Virus record (IMG/VR): IMGVR_UViG_3300029570_000316
Length of the DNA: 64,000 nucleotides
Origin: a virus
Taxonomy: Duplodnaviria > Heunggongvirae > Uroviricota > Caudoviricetes
Strand: one strand, 5' to 3'
Below, piece by piece: positions 42,484 to 52,648 of this stretch. A program made the position numbers and the translations under genes. Positions within the stretch are counted from its first letter, which is position 1. Each line of letters opens with the position of its first letter. The notes under the pieces are model-generated. The model had not been told where the DNA came from and made no database searches. It worked only from the letters and a program-made list of their open reading frames with translations.

Positions 42484-43056
42484 CTATTTCATCACCTTTG
42501 CTTCAAACTTTCCATACATTGCTCGGAATGTGCCTAAATGGTATCTAAGACCAGCAACCTCGAACAACTTAACAATTTGGTCTCGGTCTAATTGACTTTC
42601 ATCATACCAACAAGTGCATTCAGTACTCCACTCTGGGAATATCGCACGAGTAGCAAGAACCTTTGCGCCTCGAATACCAACGGCACGGCAATCTACATAA
42701 ATGCCAAGCTCGTAAAGTTGCTCAGGAGTTTTGTCCGCATCCTTGAACTTCAACAAACCATCATCCATAACACCAAAAGAACGCTCAACCTTAGCACCAA
42801 GACGAATCTCTTTGGCAGCACATTTAACGGCTTGCATGATGTGCGAACTAGGAATAATGTATTCGCCCTTTGTATTCTGATACAAGGATGCCAAGAACTT
42901 CAATCGGCATATCTCCAATTGGTCTTCTTCCGTCTTTTTTCGCTTGGCAGTCAAACCGGAAATCTGCTTTGAGTAAGCATCGAAAGGAGAAACTGTTCTC
43001 GGATTATTCAACATCAATGGACTAACACCAACCAACTTAAAACTAATTGTCTTCAT
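42484..43056 (-). CDS. hypothetical protein
   Basis: 190-aa minus ORF. Confidence 0.45.
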   Translation of the reverse strand: MKTISFKLVGVSPLMLNNPRTVSPFDAYSKQISGLTAKRKKTEEDQLEICRLKFLASLYQNTKGEYIIPSSHIMQAVKCAAKEIRLGAKVERSFGVMDDGLLKFKDADKTPEQLYELGIYVDCRAVGIRGAKVLATRAIFPEWSTECTCWYDESQLDRDQIVKLFEVAGLRYHLGTFRAMYGKFEAKVMK

Positions 43057-43417
43057 ACTTTTCTTTACTTTTAAAATTAAACACGGCAGTTTTACAGGTA
43101 TGCCTCTTACCTTTGGGACAAAACAAAAGCCCCGTCCGCTTATTGTCGTGAGTAGCGAACGAGGCTAAAAGTATAGAAAAGTCCGAAGACTTCTAAATTT
43201 CTTCTTATCCCTGTAACCATGCTCACGACTTCACGGCTAAACCATTTCTGATTTCGTTTGCAAAGGTAAGCATAATTTCTGAAACACGCAAATTATTTAG
43301 TGTATTTCTTTATTCTTTTAAACTTTATTTTCTTTTAGAAACTTATTTTTAATATTACACCTTATTGTATTATAGCTCTTGCAATGTACCAAACAAACCA
43401 TTTCTAAACTAAAACTG

Positions 43418-44164
43418 TTAATATCCTAAGTTTACGACACTCCAAGAGCCATCACTATTCTTCTTGACAACACCATGCAAATCAACGAATTTCTTCTGAC
43501 CACCATAGGTTGAACGTAAAGAATAAGAAACAGTGACCTCACGTCCACTAACGCTTTCTTTCTTCACCTTGAACACATTGGAGCTTTCCGCACCTACGGA
43601 ACTTGTAGCATTGCTAACATTCCACTCTTTTTGAAGAGCATCCTCTATTGAATACAGGTCTTCATCCGAAACATACACATCGGTCTCACTAGAAGAACTG
43701 ATAGCATTTGCTTTTTCGTATTCTCTTGGGTCTTCACGCTTCCCATCTCTCACGATATATACATAATGACATGATTTCAAGTCTTTCACTATCAACGATT
43801 CCAAATTCCAATCTTTAGGATTCCTATAAGGAATTGAGACTTTCATATCATACGCAAATTTCCCATTTTTTCCTTCCACAACACCCTCTACAGTTCCTTT
43901 ATCACTAAAGCTACCTTTCTGATCATTATAACCCTTATTGTTATAAAACTGACTATCAATCACCTTATAGCTTTTGCCAAAATATTTTTTTAAAACCAAG
44001 TCACGTTTTGGCATACAGGAATCCTTGGAAATAGCTCGTATTTCATGTTGTTCCCACTCTTCAACTATCATCTTGTCTCTTTCAGAGGCAACCTTTATTG
44101 CGTAACCACAAATGGCAACAATTACTACAATAATGGCTACGTAAGCTATTTTCTTCATAATCAC
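43418..44164 (-). CDS. secreted/membrane-anchored protein
   Basis: 248 aa; N-terminal signal-anchor MIMKKIAYVAIIVVIVAICGYA. Confidence 0.5.
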   Translation of the reverse strand: MIMKKIAYVAIIVVIVAICGYAIKVASERDKMIVEEWEQHEIRAISKDSCMPKRDLVLKKYFGKSYKVIDSQFYNNKGYNDQKGSFSDKGTVEGVVEGKNGKFAYDMKVSIPYRNPKDWNLESLIVKDLKSCHYVYIVRDGKREDPREYEKANAISSSSETDVYVSDEDLYSIEDALQKEWNVSNATSSVGAESSNVFKVKKESVSGREVTVSYSLRSTYGGQKKFVDLHGVVKKNSDGSWSVVNLGY

Positions 44165-44218
44165 ATTTATTTAAATTGTTAATATACTAACTTTACAACA
44201 CTAAACCTGTTAATTCGT

Positions 44219-44533
44219 TTATTTACGAATTGGATGTATTCCTATGATACGTTCGACATCTTTATCGAAGAATACTTCATATCTTGTACATTTTTTATTT
44301 TTGTCTATATACGCACCATTAATCTTATCAGGAGAGATAACAACATAATAACCACATAATTCTGTATGATTATTAATCATGCCAATCTCATCAGCTTTTT
44401 CCAACAGATTTTTTGCATTTTGCTCTTGTCTTTGTATCTCATTATAAACATAATTAATATTACTACTAGACAAATACATATTCCTAGACAGCGAGTCGTT
44501 GCGCCACAAACTATTATAAGCGACCATAACCAT
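44219..44533 (-). CDS. hypothetical protein
   Basis: 104-aa minus ORF. Confidence 0.4.
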   Translation of the reverse strand: MVMVAYNSLWRNDSLSRNMYLSSSNINYVYNEIQRQEQNAKNLLEKADEIGMINNHTELCGYYVVISPDKINGAYIDKNKKCTRYEVFFDKDVERIIGIHPIRK

Positions 44534-44738
44534 TTCGGCAGAAGCAGGATTGCATTGAAATTCCTCTAACTTCTATACATTGGCGCACTCAAACCCTCTT
44601 GCCTTAATAAGGGCATCTGCTTTGTTTTCCTTTGATGTACAACTAGTCAACAAGAGCACAACAAAAGAAATAAAATATAAGACCTTCTTCATAATCCCAT
44701 ACTTTTAAATAATTGAACTTAGTGGGGAACACCCCACG

Positions 44739-44990
44739 TTACTTATCTATATGCAAAGTTATCGGTTTGCCACAATGAGGACAGATAAGGGAAGCACCCT
44801 GCTGTTCGTTTTCGTCCGCTACAAGCTCAGAAAGAGATACACCTATTATATCGGCAATCTCTTTTGCACGTGATAAAGACATAGTACCATTTATAAGTTG
44901 AGCGGTTAATGATGGCTGAGCGATACCCAACTTTTCTGCAACCTTTGATATGGTAAACCCGCTTTCTTTTATTGCTTTCTTTATATCCAT
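44739..44990 (-). CDS. XRE-type HTH transcriptional regulator with C-terminal CPHCGKPI zinc-ribbon motif
   Basis: 83 aa; HTH-like ISKVAEKLGIAQPSLTAQL; first gene of the minus-strand block next to a divergent promoter region; paralog at 50722..50988. Confidence 0.6.
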   Translation of the reverse strand: MDIKKAIKESGFTISKVAEKLGIAQPSLTAQLINGTMSLSRAKEIADIIGVSLSELVADENEQQGASLICPHCGKPITLHIDK

Positions 44991-45023
44991 AATATTATAG
45001 AATTAATTGTATATTATATTATG

Positions 45024-45034
45024 GTGCAAAGATA
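45024..45034 (-). promoter_or_regulatory. -7 motif for the HTH regulator gene (divergent region)
   Basis: GTGCAAAGATA about 35 nt upstream of the 44990 start. Confidence 0.45.
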
Positions 45035-45178
45035 GCTAAAAGATTTGAAAGTACAAAGGATAAATAGATTTATCTTTATAAAATTAAAAATATTATAGAA
45101 ATCGAGCTATAAACGTGAATAAAGGTTAAATATAGAAAGAAACTTATATTTTTATTTGATAGTATAGAAATAAATCTA

Positions 45179-45186
45179 TATCTTTG
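45179..45186 (+). promoter_or_regulatory. -7 motif (TATCTTTG) for the plus operon starting at 45273
   Basis: Plus-strand TAtcTTTGcat about 85 nt upstream of the first plus gene. Confidence 0.45.
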
Positions 45187-45272
45187 CATCGTGATTAAGA
45201 AACAAAGGTCACAATAACATTATTAATTTAGCTGAGGTTGCACCTCCGAGTCGGCACTCGTAAAACGGTATA

Positions 45273-45608
45273 GTGATTATGGCTATTACATTAAGAAATA
45301 CATTGAGCGAGGTAATGAAGCTTGCTTGGCAGTTCATCAAGAAGAATGGCTACACAATGAGCGAGGCTTTAAAGGTCGCTTGGATGAACATCAAGCTGAA
45401 GGGTCAGATGAAGAAGCGCATCGTGAAGTTCTACTTCCAGAAGGTTGATGGCAGCTTGCGTGAGGCATTCGGCACATTGAGTGAGAAGGTTATCCCAGCT
45501 ACACAGGGTGCAGGTCGCAAGATGAATGACACTTGCCAAGTGTACTTCGATACTGAGAAAGAAGAATGGCGTTGCTTCAAGAAGGCAAACCTTATGAGAG
45601 TTGCATAA
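45273..45608 (+). CDS. hypothetical protein (paralog of 50083..50421)
   Basis: 111 aa; shares ...AWQ..KL......K.V.F.F.K..G..R.AFGTL... and a C-terminal ...RVA with the 50.1 kb gene. Confidence 0.5.
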   Translation: MIMAITLRNTLSEVMKLAWQFIKKNGYTMSEALKVAWMNIKLKGQMKKRIVKFYFQKVDGSLREAFGTLSEKVIPATQGAGRKMNDTCQVYFDTEKEEWRCFKKANLMRVA

Positions 45609-45640
45609 CAGATTTCTAACGATTTAAAAAGAAACTAGAT

Positions 45641-45940
45641 ATGAGCGCAAAGATTATCGTGATGCAAGGCAATATGATTGCAACCATCGAAGAGACGAAC
45701 AAGGACGCATTTATCAAGCGTGGTGAGTATAAAGAGACCGAGCTGGACAGACATAAGCGTGAGGTCGATTTCCTGATTACAAGCATCGCAAACCGCTACG
45801 AAGTGACATTCAATCACAAGGTAGAGCTGAAGGAAAGCCGGAGCATCAAGAAAAGCGAGTATTTCGATAACATCTACTACGTTACCGAGAACGCATTGAA
45901 CAAGCTGAAAAAGCAATACTCATACGAGTGTGACTTGTAA
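45641..45940 (+). CDS. hypothetical protein
   Basis: 99-aa plus ORF in the plus-strand operon. Confidence 0.45.
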   Translation: MSAKIIVMQGNMIATIEETNKDAFIKRGEYKETELDRHKREVDFLITSIANRYEVTFNHKVELKESRSIKKSEYFDNIYYVTENALNKLKKQYSYECDL

Positions 45941-46301
45941 TAGATTTCGTGAGGCACACGCTAAACTGCACCGGACTTTGAACATTAAATATTTAAGAGA
46001 TATGGATAAGAATTTGATGGATGCTCTTTACGTTAAGCATGATGGCAAGATTGGCGTTTTAAGCTCAGATGAGCGCAAGGTGGTATCACAGGTTATCGGC
46101 ACGGATTTGACGCTTGTGTACGACAAGAAAGAGGGTGATACATACCTTTTGATACCATTGACCCGAAACCACAAGTTCGAGTGCAAGGGTAGCCACATCA
46201 TTGTGGATGGCAAGCGGTTCGATTCTGACATCTTTTTCCGCAAGGATGCTTGTCAATGGATTCAAATGCAATCTAATGAAATGCTATCAATGGTAGCGTA
46301 A
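45930..46301 (+). CDS. hypothetical protein (paralog of 49439..49735)
   Basis: 123 aa; shares KIGVL...GTD.TLV...EG.TYLL.PLT.NH.F.CKG...VDG.RFDSDIFFRKDACQWI with the 49.4 kb gene. Confidence 0.5.
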   Translation: MTCNRFREAHAKLHRTLNIKYLRDMDKNLMDALYVKHDGKIGVLSSDERKVVSQVIGTDLTLVYDKKEGDTYLLIPLTRNHKFECKGSHIIVDGKRFDSDIFFRKDACQWIQMQSNEMLSMVA

Positions 46302-46660
46302 CAATATACAAGGTGAGGCACACCGAAACAACTGCACATTATCTTTGAAGTTTAACTATTAAATTTCGTGAGCAATGGAAAGAAGAAGTAATGTGCAGCA
46401 TCGTGCCGAAATAGTTGGTCGTGCTGGCGAGGACAGAAGTCCTCCAAAGTAAAACAAACGTTAATGTTTTAAACAAAACACTAAAGTGTTTGCAAGTTAA
46501 AGAAAATAGCATTAACTTTGCAGCCGAAAGTAATAATGGTTGTGAAGTAACGGACACGACTGACGAATAAAGAAGACATATTAAACAAATGGTTATAAGC
46601 TCCAAGCGTGGAGTCATATTTCGTCAAGCCCATTCCGTTACATTTGTGGGTAGGCGAAAC

Positions 46661-46710
46661 AAGCCCTGTCCATCCTCTCTCACAACATGGTGGACGGGGC
46701 TTTCCTATTT
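46661..46710 (+). terminator. plus-strand terminator closing the 45.3-46.3 kb plus operon
   Basis: AAGCCCTGTCCA...TGGTGGACGGGGCTT stem (with G-U pairs) followed by a T-rich tract (TTTCCTATTTG). Confidence 0.4.
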
Positions 46711-46747
46711 GCAAGAAACCATACTTATAATATTTAAATTGTTTAAT

Positions 46748-47659
46748 ATGAAAGATTTTTTAGAAAAGAATTTGAATGATGCACCCATGCTGGGAGCATT
46801 CGTAAATCAAAGTGAGAAAATCAAGGTTGAAGGCTTTGAACTCATCAAGGTAGAAGAACGTGATGGTAAGCAAGCCATCAATGCAAGAGAGCTGCACCAA
46901 AAGTTGGGTAGCAAGTATCAATTTGCGAATTGGATTCAAGAGCGTATTGAAAAGTACGGATTCGTTGAAAATCAAGACTATGAGGTTTTTAAGGAAAATC
47001 TTAAAAACTCAAAAGGTGGCAGACCAAGCAAGGAGTACGCCCTATCTTTAGACATGGCGAAGGAGTTGTGTATGATTGAGAACAATGAGAAAGGTAGGAT
47101 GATTCGCAAGTACTTCATTGAGGTTGAGAAAAAGGTAAGAATGCAGAGTGTTCCATCTTTGCCCGATTTCACCAATCCGGCTATAGCAGCAAGAGCTTGG
47201 GCTGACCAGTTCGAGAAGAACCAAGTGCTGACCTTGGAGAACAAGCAACAGAGAGAGGAACTTGCCAAGGCATCGCAGGAGATTGTCGGACTGAGCGCAC
47301 AGATTACAACAATGAAGCCTAAGACTACTTACTTCGATGTGATGATGAAGAACAAGAGCACAAGCGTGATTACATCAATGGCGCAGGATTACGGAATGAG
47401 TCCGCAAGCATTCAACAAATTGTTGCATGAGCATGGTATCCAGCACAAGGTTTCTGACCAATGGGTCTTGTACCGCCAATATTTGGATAAGGGATATGTG
47501 AATAGCGAGCCAGTGACCATTACGCACAATGATGGAAAACAAACCATCAAATACAACACGAAATGGACTCAAAAAGGGCGTTTCTTTCTCTATGAGTTCC
47601 TAAAGGAGAAAGGTATCTTACCTTTGATTGAACGAAATAATAATGGTGAGACACACTAG
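46748..47659 (+). CDS. antirepressor (AntA-like N-domain + KilA-C domain)
   Basis: Start set to the internal Met (MKDFLEKN), because the upstream part of ORF 46589..47659 covers a terminator hairpin. YQFANWIQERIEKYGFVENQDYEV is AntA-like; the C-terminal half is KilAC-like. Confidence 0.6.
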   Translation: MKDFLEKNLNDAPMLGAFVNQSEKIKVEGFELIKVEERDGKQAINARELHQKLGSKYQFANWIQERIEKYGFVENQDYEVFKENLKNSKGGRPSKEYALSLDMAKELCMIENNEKGRMIRKYFIEVEKKVRMQSVPSLPDFTNPAIAARAWADQFEKNQVLTLENKQQREELAKASQEIVGLSAQITTMKPKTTYFDVMMKNKSTSVITSMAQDYGMSPQAFNKLLHEHGIQHKVSDQWVLYRQYLDKGYVNSEPVTITHNDGKQTIKYNTKWTQKGRFFLYEFLKEKGILPLIERNNNGETH

Positions 47660-47801
47660 GACAACTGTAAAAGCCCCAATCTCGTTAGAGGTTGAGGCTT
47701 TCTTTATTTTTACATTTACTTCTTATCTAACCCATCGGAGAACAAACACTTTTGCGCTAATTTTCAATGACTTGTATTTTTATTACAAAAGTATTGTTAT
47801 T

Positions 47802-48206
47802 TTACATTTCGGCTTCATTATACTCATAATCCCAGAGGAATAACTTGCCTTTGACGTTTCTAATCGGCTTATCGAACAATTTAGCATTCTTCAAGAACCA
47901 ATGATATTGGAAATCTTCAGCAAATGCATCCGGATAAGCCTCATGGAATTGAATATCATCCAACTCTACGCTGCCGATAATGGCTGACGTTGGCAAGTCT
48001 TTGAAGTCTGGAATAACAATACCATGCTCTTGGCAATATTTCTTCATTGCGCTCTCCTGCCATCCGTCAAGTTTTTCGGGTTTGGCTTGGCTAGCATGAA
48101 TAAGGAAACGACCACGGAACTTTCTATTCCATGTTCTGTTCTCAATGGTCTTGCAGCCGATAGCGATTAACCAAGCATACGGCTGACGAATTGATAATAC
48201 TTTCAT
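47802..48206 (-). CDS. ASCH/PUA-like domain protein
   Basis: 134 aa; N-terminus MKVLSIRQPYAWLIAIGCKTIENRTW, typical of the ASCH domain. Confidence 0.55.
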   Translation of the reverse strand: MKVLSIRQPYAWLIAIGCKTIENRTWNRKFRGRFLIHASQAKPEKLDGWQESAMKKYCQEHGIVIPDFKDLPTSAIIGSVELDDIQFHEAYPDAFAEDFQYHWFLKNAKLFDKPIRNVKGKLFLWDYEYNEAEM

Positions 48207-48334
48207 AAGCTCATTGTTTTATTATTTGCATCCGCAAAGGTAACAAAAACCTTCGAGAAATACAAGGAAACTCTAATTTATTTTCATGTTTTCTAAAAAT
48301 AATCTTGAAATAGCTTGCATCCTACGAGGGTGTG

Positions 48335-48622
48335 TCATAAGTCTGACACACCCTCTTTCTTTCTGATTCTGTCCCAATCCGGTTTTAGCACATCCATCGT
48401 GGCGACCATCGCCTTGTACTTGTCGCCAAGTTCGCCCTCGTTCATAGATGAACGGAAAGTGTACATCTTGTATCGTTCATGCTCTGGCACATATAATCCC
48501 ACCATCAAGGAACGGACTCCATCCACCTCCTGCTCCGGTGCTATCAATACAAGCCCCTCGTTCATGCTTTCCAACTTGAAAATCTTTGAGGTGACAACCT
48601 CATAATAGTCTAGTACATTCAT
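48335..48622 (-). CDS. hypothetical protein
   Basis: 95-aa minus ORF. Confidence 0.4.
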   Translation of the reverse strand: MNVLDYYEVVTSKIFKLESMNEGLVLIAPEQEVDGVRSLMVGLYVPEHERYKMYTFRSSMNEGELGDKYKAMVATMDVLKPDWDRIRKKEGVSDL

Positions 48623-48639
48623 ATTCTTGTCTCCTATAA

Positions 48640-48888
48640 TTAGTTTGTACGTTCAAACACTTCAATATACTGGATAGAGCTACAATCAATATATTTACGT
48701 GTAAACACTACTGTACTTCCACTTCCAATCATAAGTGTTCTGTTCTTTGTATTGCAATTGAAAGAGGTTTCACCACCAACACTATTGAAGTCGAAACTTA
48801 TTTTTGCTCCACCTACCAAGTTGATACTTCCTCTAAGACCTTTGTCCTCGGCTTCGCCTAATATCACATTCACATGACCTGCATCCAT
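48640..48888 (-). CDS. hypothetical protein
   Basis: 82-aa minus ORF. Confidence 0.4.
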   Translation of the reverse strand: MDAGHVNVILGEAEDKGLRGSINLVGGAKISFDFNSVGGETSFNCNTKNRTLMIGSGSTVVFTRKYIDCSSIQYIEVFERTN

Positions 48889-48907
48889 ATTCTCCTATAA
48901 TTAATTG

Positions 48908-49153
48908 TTAAACACCTTCTCTAATAAAGATACGTATGATAGAGTCACTATCAATGTAATCTCTGTTTCCGTTCTCACCAAGTATAGTTATCAAATGCTT
49001 TTTTTTGTTATAAAGAACATCGGCAGTAAAATCAAATAACTTTGATTTGCTAAAGTTTGCATGAGTTAACTGCCCATTAGAGAGTGAAATTCCTGCAATG
49101 CAACCGCACTCCTTTGCATAATCTAAGATATTTTTGATTTCATTAATCTTCAT
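48908..49153 (-). CDS. hypothetical protein
   Basis: 81-aa minus ORF. Confidence 0.4.
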   Translation of the reverse strand: MKINEIKNILDYAKECGCIAGISLSNGQLTHANFSKSKLFDFTADVLYNKKKHLITILGENGNRDYIDSDSIIRIFIREGV

Positions 49154-49160
49154 AACTATA

Positions 49161-49418
49161 TTACTTTAATTCTTGCTCTACAATATCGAAATTATCCCAC
49201 GTTTCTCCTTCGCTGTCTGAGATATGGAAGAAAGAACCTGAGATATTGTATTGATAATCATCGCAATTCAAAACTCGCTTGTAATTTTCCAAAGTGTTCT
49301 TCCCTTTGTGTCTTATCGCTTTTCTTGCCTTATCTATGGTAGAGAAAACTTCTGCGTCAACCTCAACTGCCTCACCCAGTCCATGTTGGTATGAAGATAT
49401 TACTACATATACTTTCAT
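49161..49418 (-). CDS. hypothetical protein
   Basis: 85-aa minus ORF. Confidence 0.4.
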   Translation of the reverse strand: MKVYVVISSYQHGLGEAVEVDAEVFSTIDKARKAIRHKGKNTLENYKRVLNCDDYQYNISGSFFHISDSEGETWDNFDIVEQELK

Positions 49419-49438
49419 CGCTTAAACCTCCTTATTCA

Positions 49439-49735
49439 TTACGCTACCTTGAATAGCATTTCTTTGTTAATCTCAATCCACTGACAAGCGTCCTTGCGGA
49501 AAAAGATGTCCGAATCGAACCGCTCACCATCCACATCAATACTATTACCCTTGCAGACAAAGGTATGGTTCTTTGTCAAAGGTACAAGAAGGTACGTTTT
49601 GCCCTCTCTCTTGCGTTCTACAAGCGTTTTATCCGTACCTAGGATAATAGATACCCTTTCTTCCTTATCGTCCTTTAAAACGCCTATTTTGTCTGTGTGC
49701 TCGATATAGAGCACATTCAAGAAATTCTCATCCAT
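49439..49735 (-). CDS. hypothetical protein (paralog of 45930..46301)
   Basis: 98 aa; about 60% identical to the plus-strand paralog, including the identical block FDSDIFFRKDACQWI. Confidence 0.5.
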   Translation of the reverse strand: MDENFLNVLYIEHTDKIGVLKDDKEERVSIILGTDKTLVERKREGKTYLLVPLTKNHTFVCKGNSIDVDGERFDSDIFFRKDACQWIEINKEMLFKVA

Positions 49736-49739
49736 TTTC

Positions 49740-49988
49740 TTACTCCTCCCATCGAAAAGCGTTAGTGTCTTTTACAACCTTCTTGCTGTCTTCGTCCCAC
49801 ATATAACCATCCGTAAACCATTTAGGGGCTTTACCATTGATTACTCGTTTTGCATCGGCTATGCTAGCATAGCCTGGTTCAACAACATTATCAATGCGAA
49901 CGGCAACCTGACCGAATACGTCCTCCACCTTGGTAATATGATGCCCTTTGTAGAACACTTCTTTCAAACACTTAGCAATTGTCTCCAT
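49740..49988 (-). CDS. hypothetical protein
   Basis: 82-aa minus ORF. Confidence 0.4.
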   Translation of the reverse strand: METIAKCLKEVFYKGHHITKVEDVFGQVAVRIDNVVEPGYASIADAKRVINGKAPKWFTDGYMWDEDSKKVVKDTNAFRWEE

Positions 49989-50082
49989 ATCTCAAATACT
50001 TTAAAAGTCCTAAACTAAAGGGGTGTTTAAAGGCACACCCCCTATTAAGCCTCGCCAAACACCTTAGAACGTGAATATATCT

Positions 50083-50421
50083 TTATGCAACTCGCAAGAA
50101 GTTGTAAGCCTTGAATTGTCTCCATGCGCCCTTTGCTTCATCCCAATAGCGGATGCAATCTCTTGATGCTGCATGCCCTGTACCATTTGGAGTATAGTCA
50201 ATGTGGCTCTGAAGGAGAGTACCAAAGGCTTGTCTTACCTCACCATTCATCTTCATAAAGAAGAACTCTACTACCTTGGTCTTCATCGCTGACTCAAGCT
50301 TTACAACCTGCCAAGCCTGTTTCAAGCACTCAACCCAAGACATTGAACTTGATTTCAACTGATAGGCTCTATGTGCTAACTGCATTACCTTTCTCATCTT
50401 GTTCTTAATTGAAGTAGTCAT
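50083..50421 (-). CDS. hypothetical protein (paralog of 45273..45608)
   Basis: 112 aa; about 40% identity to the plus-strand paralog. Confidence 0.5.
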   Translation of the reverse strand: MTTSIKNKMRKVMQLAHRAYQLKSSSMSWVECLKQAWQVVKLESAMKTKVVEFFFMKMNGEVRQAFGTLLQSHIDYTPNGTGHAASRDCIRYWDEAKGAWRQFKAYNFLRVA

Positions 50422-50516
50422 ATCCTCAAACCGTTTTACGAGTGCCGACTCGGCTGCATAGCAGCAATTAATAGTTAAACTTTAAAGCCTTTATCTCTTA
50501 AAGACATTGCAAAGAT

Positions 50517-50527
50517 AGTAGTTTTTT
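50517..50527 (-). promoter_or_regulatory. -7 motif for minus gene 50083..50421 (divergent region)
   Basis: TTGCAAAGATA. Confidence 0.4.
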
Positions 50528-50672
50528 CTAATATTACCAAATATTTCTATAAGAAATTTCTAATATTACCACTTATTTAACACTTATAAGCTATTTCTAA
50601 ACATTTATTCACTAATTATTAGCTAATTCTAATATTTAACTCTTTTTCTTTGGCAGTTAAAAAAAAATAAGC

Positions 50673-50680
50673 TATCTTTG
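50673..50680 (+). promoter_or_regulatory. -7 motif (TATCTTTG) for the HTH paralog gene 50722..50988
   Basis: Plus-strand TATCTTTGCAG about 40 nt upstream of the start. Confidence 0.45.
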
Positions 50681-50721
50681 CAGCATAATAAATATTAGTA
50701 TTCACTTATATATAATAAGGT

Positions 50722-50988
50722 ATGGACTTAAAGAAAATAATTAGGAGTCATGGGCAAACCATTTCATCTGTAGCTGAAAAGTTAGGTATTACCCAATCAG
50801 CTTTATCGCAACAAATCAATAATGGCTCAATTTCATTTGCGAAAGTAGAACAAATAGCTAGTATTTGTGGTTGCTCGCCATCTAGTTTCCTTGCTATTGA
50901 TGGTGAAACCTTATCGCATCCGGCTATCATCTGCCCCCATTGCGGCAAGCCTATCGAGCTGGAGATTAGGGCAAAGGAGGGGAAATGA
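50722..50988 (+). CDS. XRE-type HTH regulator with CPHCGKPI motif (paralog of 44739..44990)
   Basis: 88 aa; ISSVAEKLGITQSALSQQI HTH and C-terminal ICPHCGKPIELEI; preceded by a plus-strand TAtcTTTG promoter motif. Confidence 0.6.
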   Translation: MDLKKIIRSHGQTISSVAEKLGITQSALSQQINNGSISFAKVEQIASICGCSPSSFLAIDGETLSHPAIICPHCGKPIELEIRAKEGK

Positions 50989-51009
50989 TATTCCTCTCCT
51001 TTTACTCTT

Positions 51010-51810
51010 CTATTCTTTCTCCTTCAAAAAGCCTATACCTGCATGAACATTACCCAACTTATACCAAGACTGGCTTAAAGTCATAACATAACTATTGAAG
51101 GATTCTTCCCCAATATCAAGGGTGAAGTCTTCATCTACATCAGGCTCTCCATGTCTTACGTACCCCTTATTCGGGGTGTATAGCAATCTATGATATGAGC
51201 CGTTCTCACAAATATAAAGTCCGCTATTACGCCAATCGGAACTCCAAAATTCCGGTTTATTCACGTAACAAAGCATTACATCACCATCGTAAATAGAAAT
51301 ACTATGACTTCGCTCATCCTTTTCTCCAACAAAATTTTCGCTATCAACATTGTCAGACTGACGGATAACAGATACGATGGAGTAACCATTTCCAATAAAG
51401 TCCGCTATATCAACATATGTTCTTTGCTCTCTAAGGTCAAATTCTTGTTGGCTTCTTACGCCATCTTTCTCAAATATTACAAGTATTCTTGTGTACTTAT
51501 CACCAAAATTGACCATACTTAGAATCAAGCCGTTGTTCATGTAAGACGCATAAGCTTCTTTGGCTAGTGTTAATACACGCTCTAGATATTCCAATGGCTT
51601 GTATCTAACTAACCAAGACTGACCTTTATGCATCTTTTGCAAGTACGAATACATGTTCATCGCCTCGCATTCATCTATTCCATGCTTCTTGCAGACCAAC
51701 TTGAACTTATCCGGATAAACACTAGTTACAAGTCTATCCAATTCGTCCATAGCTTGCATGGCTTTCAAATAATCATTTGCTTCCATTTTACTAATCTTTA
51801 AGTTTCTCAA
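51010..51810 (-). CDS. hypothetical protein
   Basis: 266-aa minus ORF. Confidence 0.45.
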   Translation of the reverse strand: MRNLKISKMEANDYLKAMQAMDELDRLVTSVYPDKFKLVCKKHGIDECEAMNMYSYLQKMHKGQSWLVRYKPLEYLERVLTLAKEAYASYMNNGLILSMVNFGDKYTRILVIFEKDGVRSQQEFDLREQRTYVDIADFIGNGYSIVSVIRQSDNVDSENFVGEKDERSHSISIYDGDVMLCYVNKPEFWSSDWRNSGLYICENGSYHRLLYTPNKGYVRHGEPDVDEDFTLDIGEESFNSYVMTLSQSWYKLGNVHAGIGFLKEKE

Positions 51811-51994
51811 TTATATAACCACGACCTGTATAGGTACAAGACAAGCCAATATACACTAGCTGATGTAAAAGCCACCATTCCTCAGTGAACGGCAATCTAT
51901 CACACTTCACGAACTCATCTTCATCCTCAAAATCGGATGCCTTTTCCAATATTTCTTCCTTTGTCATTGCTTATATTATTTATTCTAAAATCTA

Positions 51995-52270
51995 TTAAAT
52001 ACACCATCCGCAACTACCTACGCATAGTTTGCATTCCAATTCGTTGCAGATGTTATAATATTCTTCTTCCGTTATATTATAGCGGTTTAGTACTTCCTTT
52101 GTTGGAGGCTTTGGGTCAAAGTGCATATCGGCACAAGCATAAGGCTCTGCATCTTCATGATGATGGTCATATGTATCACCAAAATCATTTTGTTCAGCAC
52201 TTTTTCCATTGATAGTGAATACCTCTGTACGGCAAGGTAACGCATGATGCGTTTTTATCTTTAATTCCAT
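51995..52270 (-). CDS. hypothetical protein
   Basis: 91-aa minus ORF, Cys/His-containing. Confidence 0.35.
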   Translation of the reverse strand: MELKIKTHHALPCRTEVFTINGKSAEQNDFGDTYDHHHEDAEPYACADMHFDPKPPTKEVLNRYNITEEEYYNICNELECKLCVGSCGWCI

Positions 52271-52648
52271 ATCTTAATATATATAAACTACTATTCAAAA
52301 CTAAAAATTATACAATGCCCTCTTAAGTTTAATCCTAATTTCTTCCTTCATTTGCGACACTTTGTCATATGAATCGTAATATCGTCCGTAATTATTATAA
52401 TTAGACCTATTTACGCAATGAAGCCCGATAATAAGCAAATCTAACTCATCATCAGTCAAGGAAACTTTTTTCATAAGCTTACTTCTTTTGATTAAAATAC
52501 TTTTCCAACTCTCGAAGAATGAACAGCCCTCCTATCTTGAAAGACTGCTCTATCACCACTCGATGCTCCTTAAATACGTTTTGACTTCTTGCAAACCGAA
52601 ACGCTTCATTCTCTAGCATAAGCACAAACTTATTAAATTCTGCATCGG

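Noticed and set aside
44991-45272. The AT-rich region as an origin of replication
   Set aside because: Its features are fully explained by a divergent pair of TAnnTTTG promoters. No iterons or DnaA-box-like repeats were seen here, unlike the 41.7-42.5 kb region.
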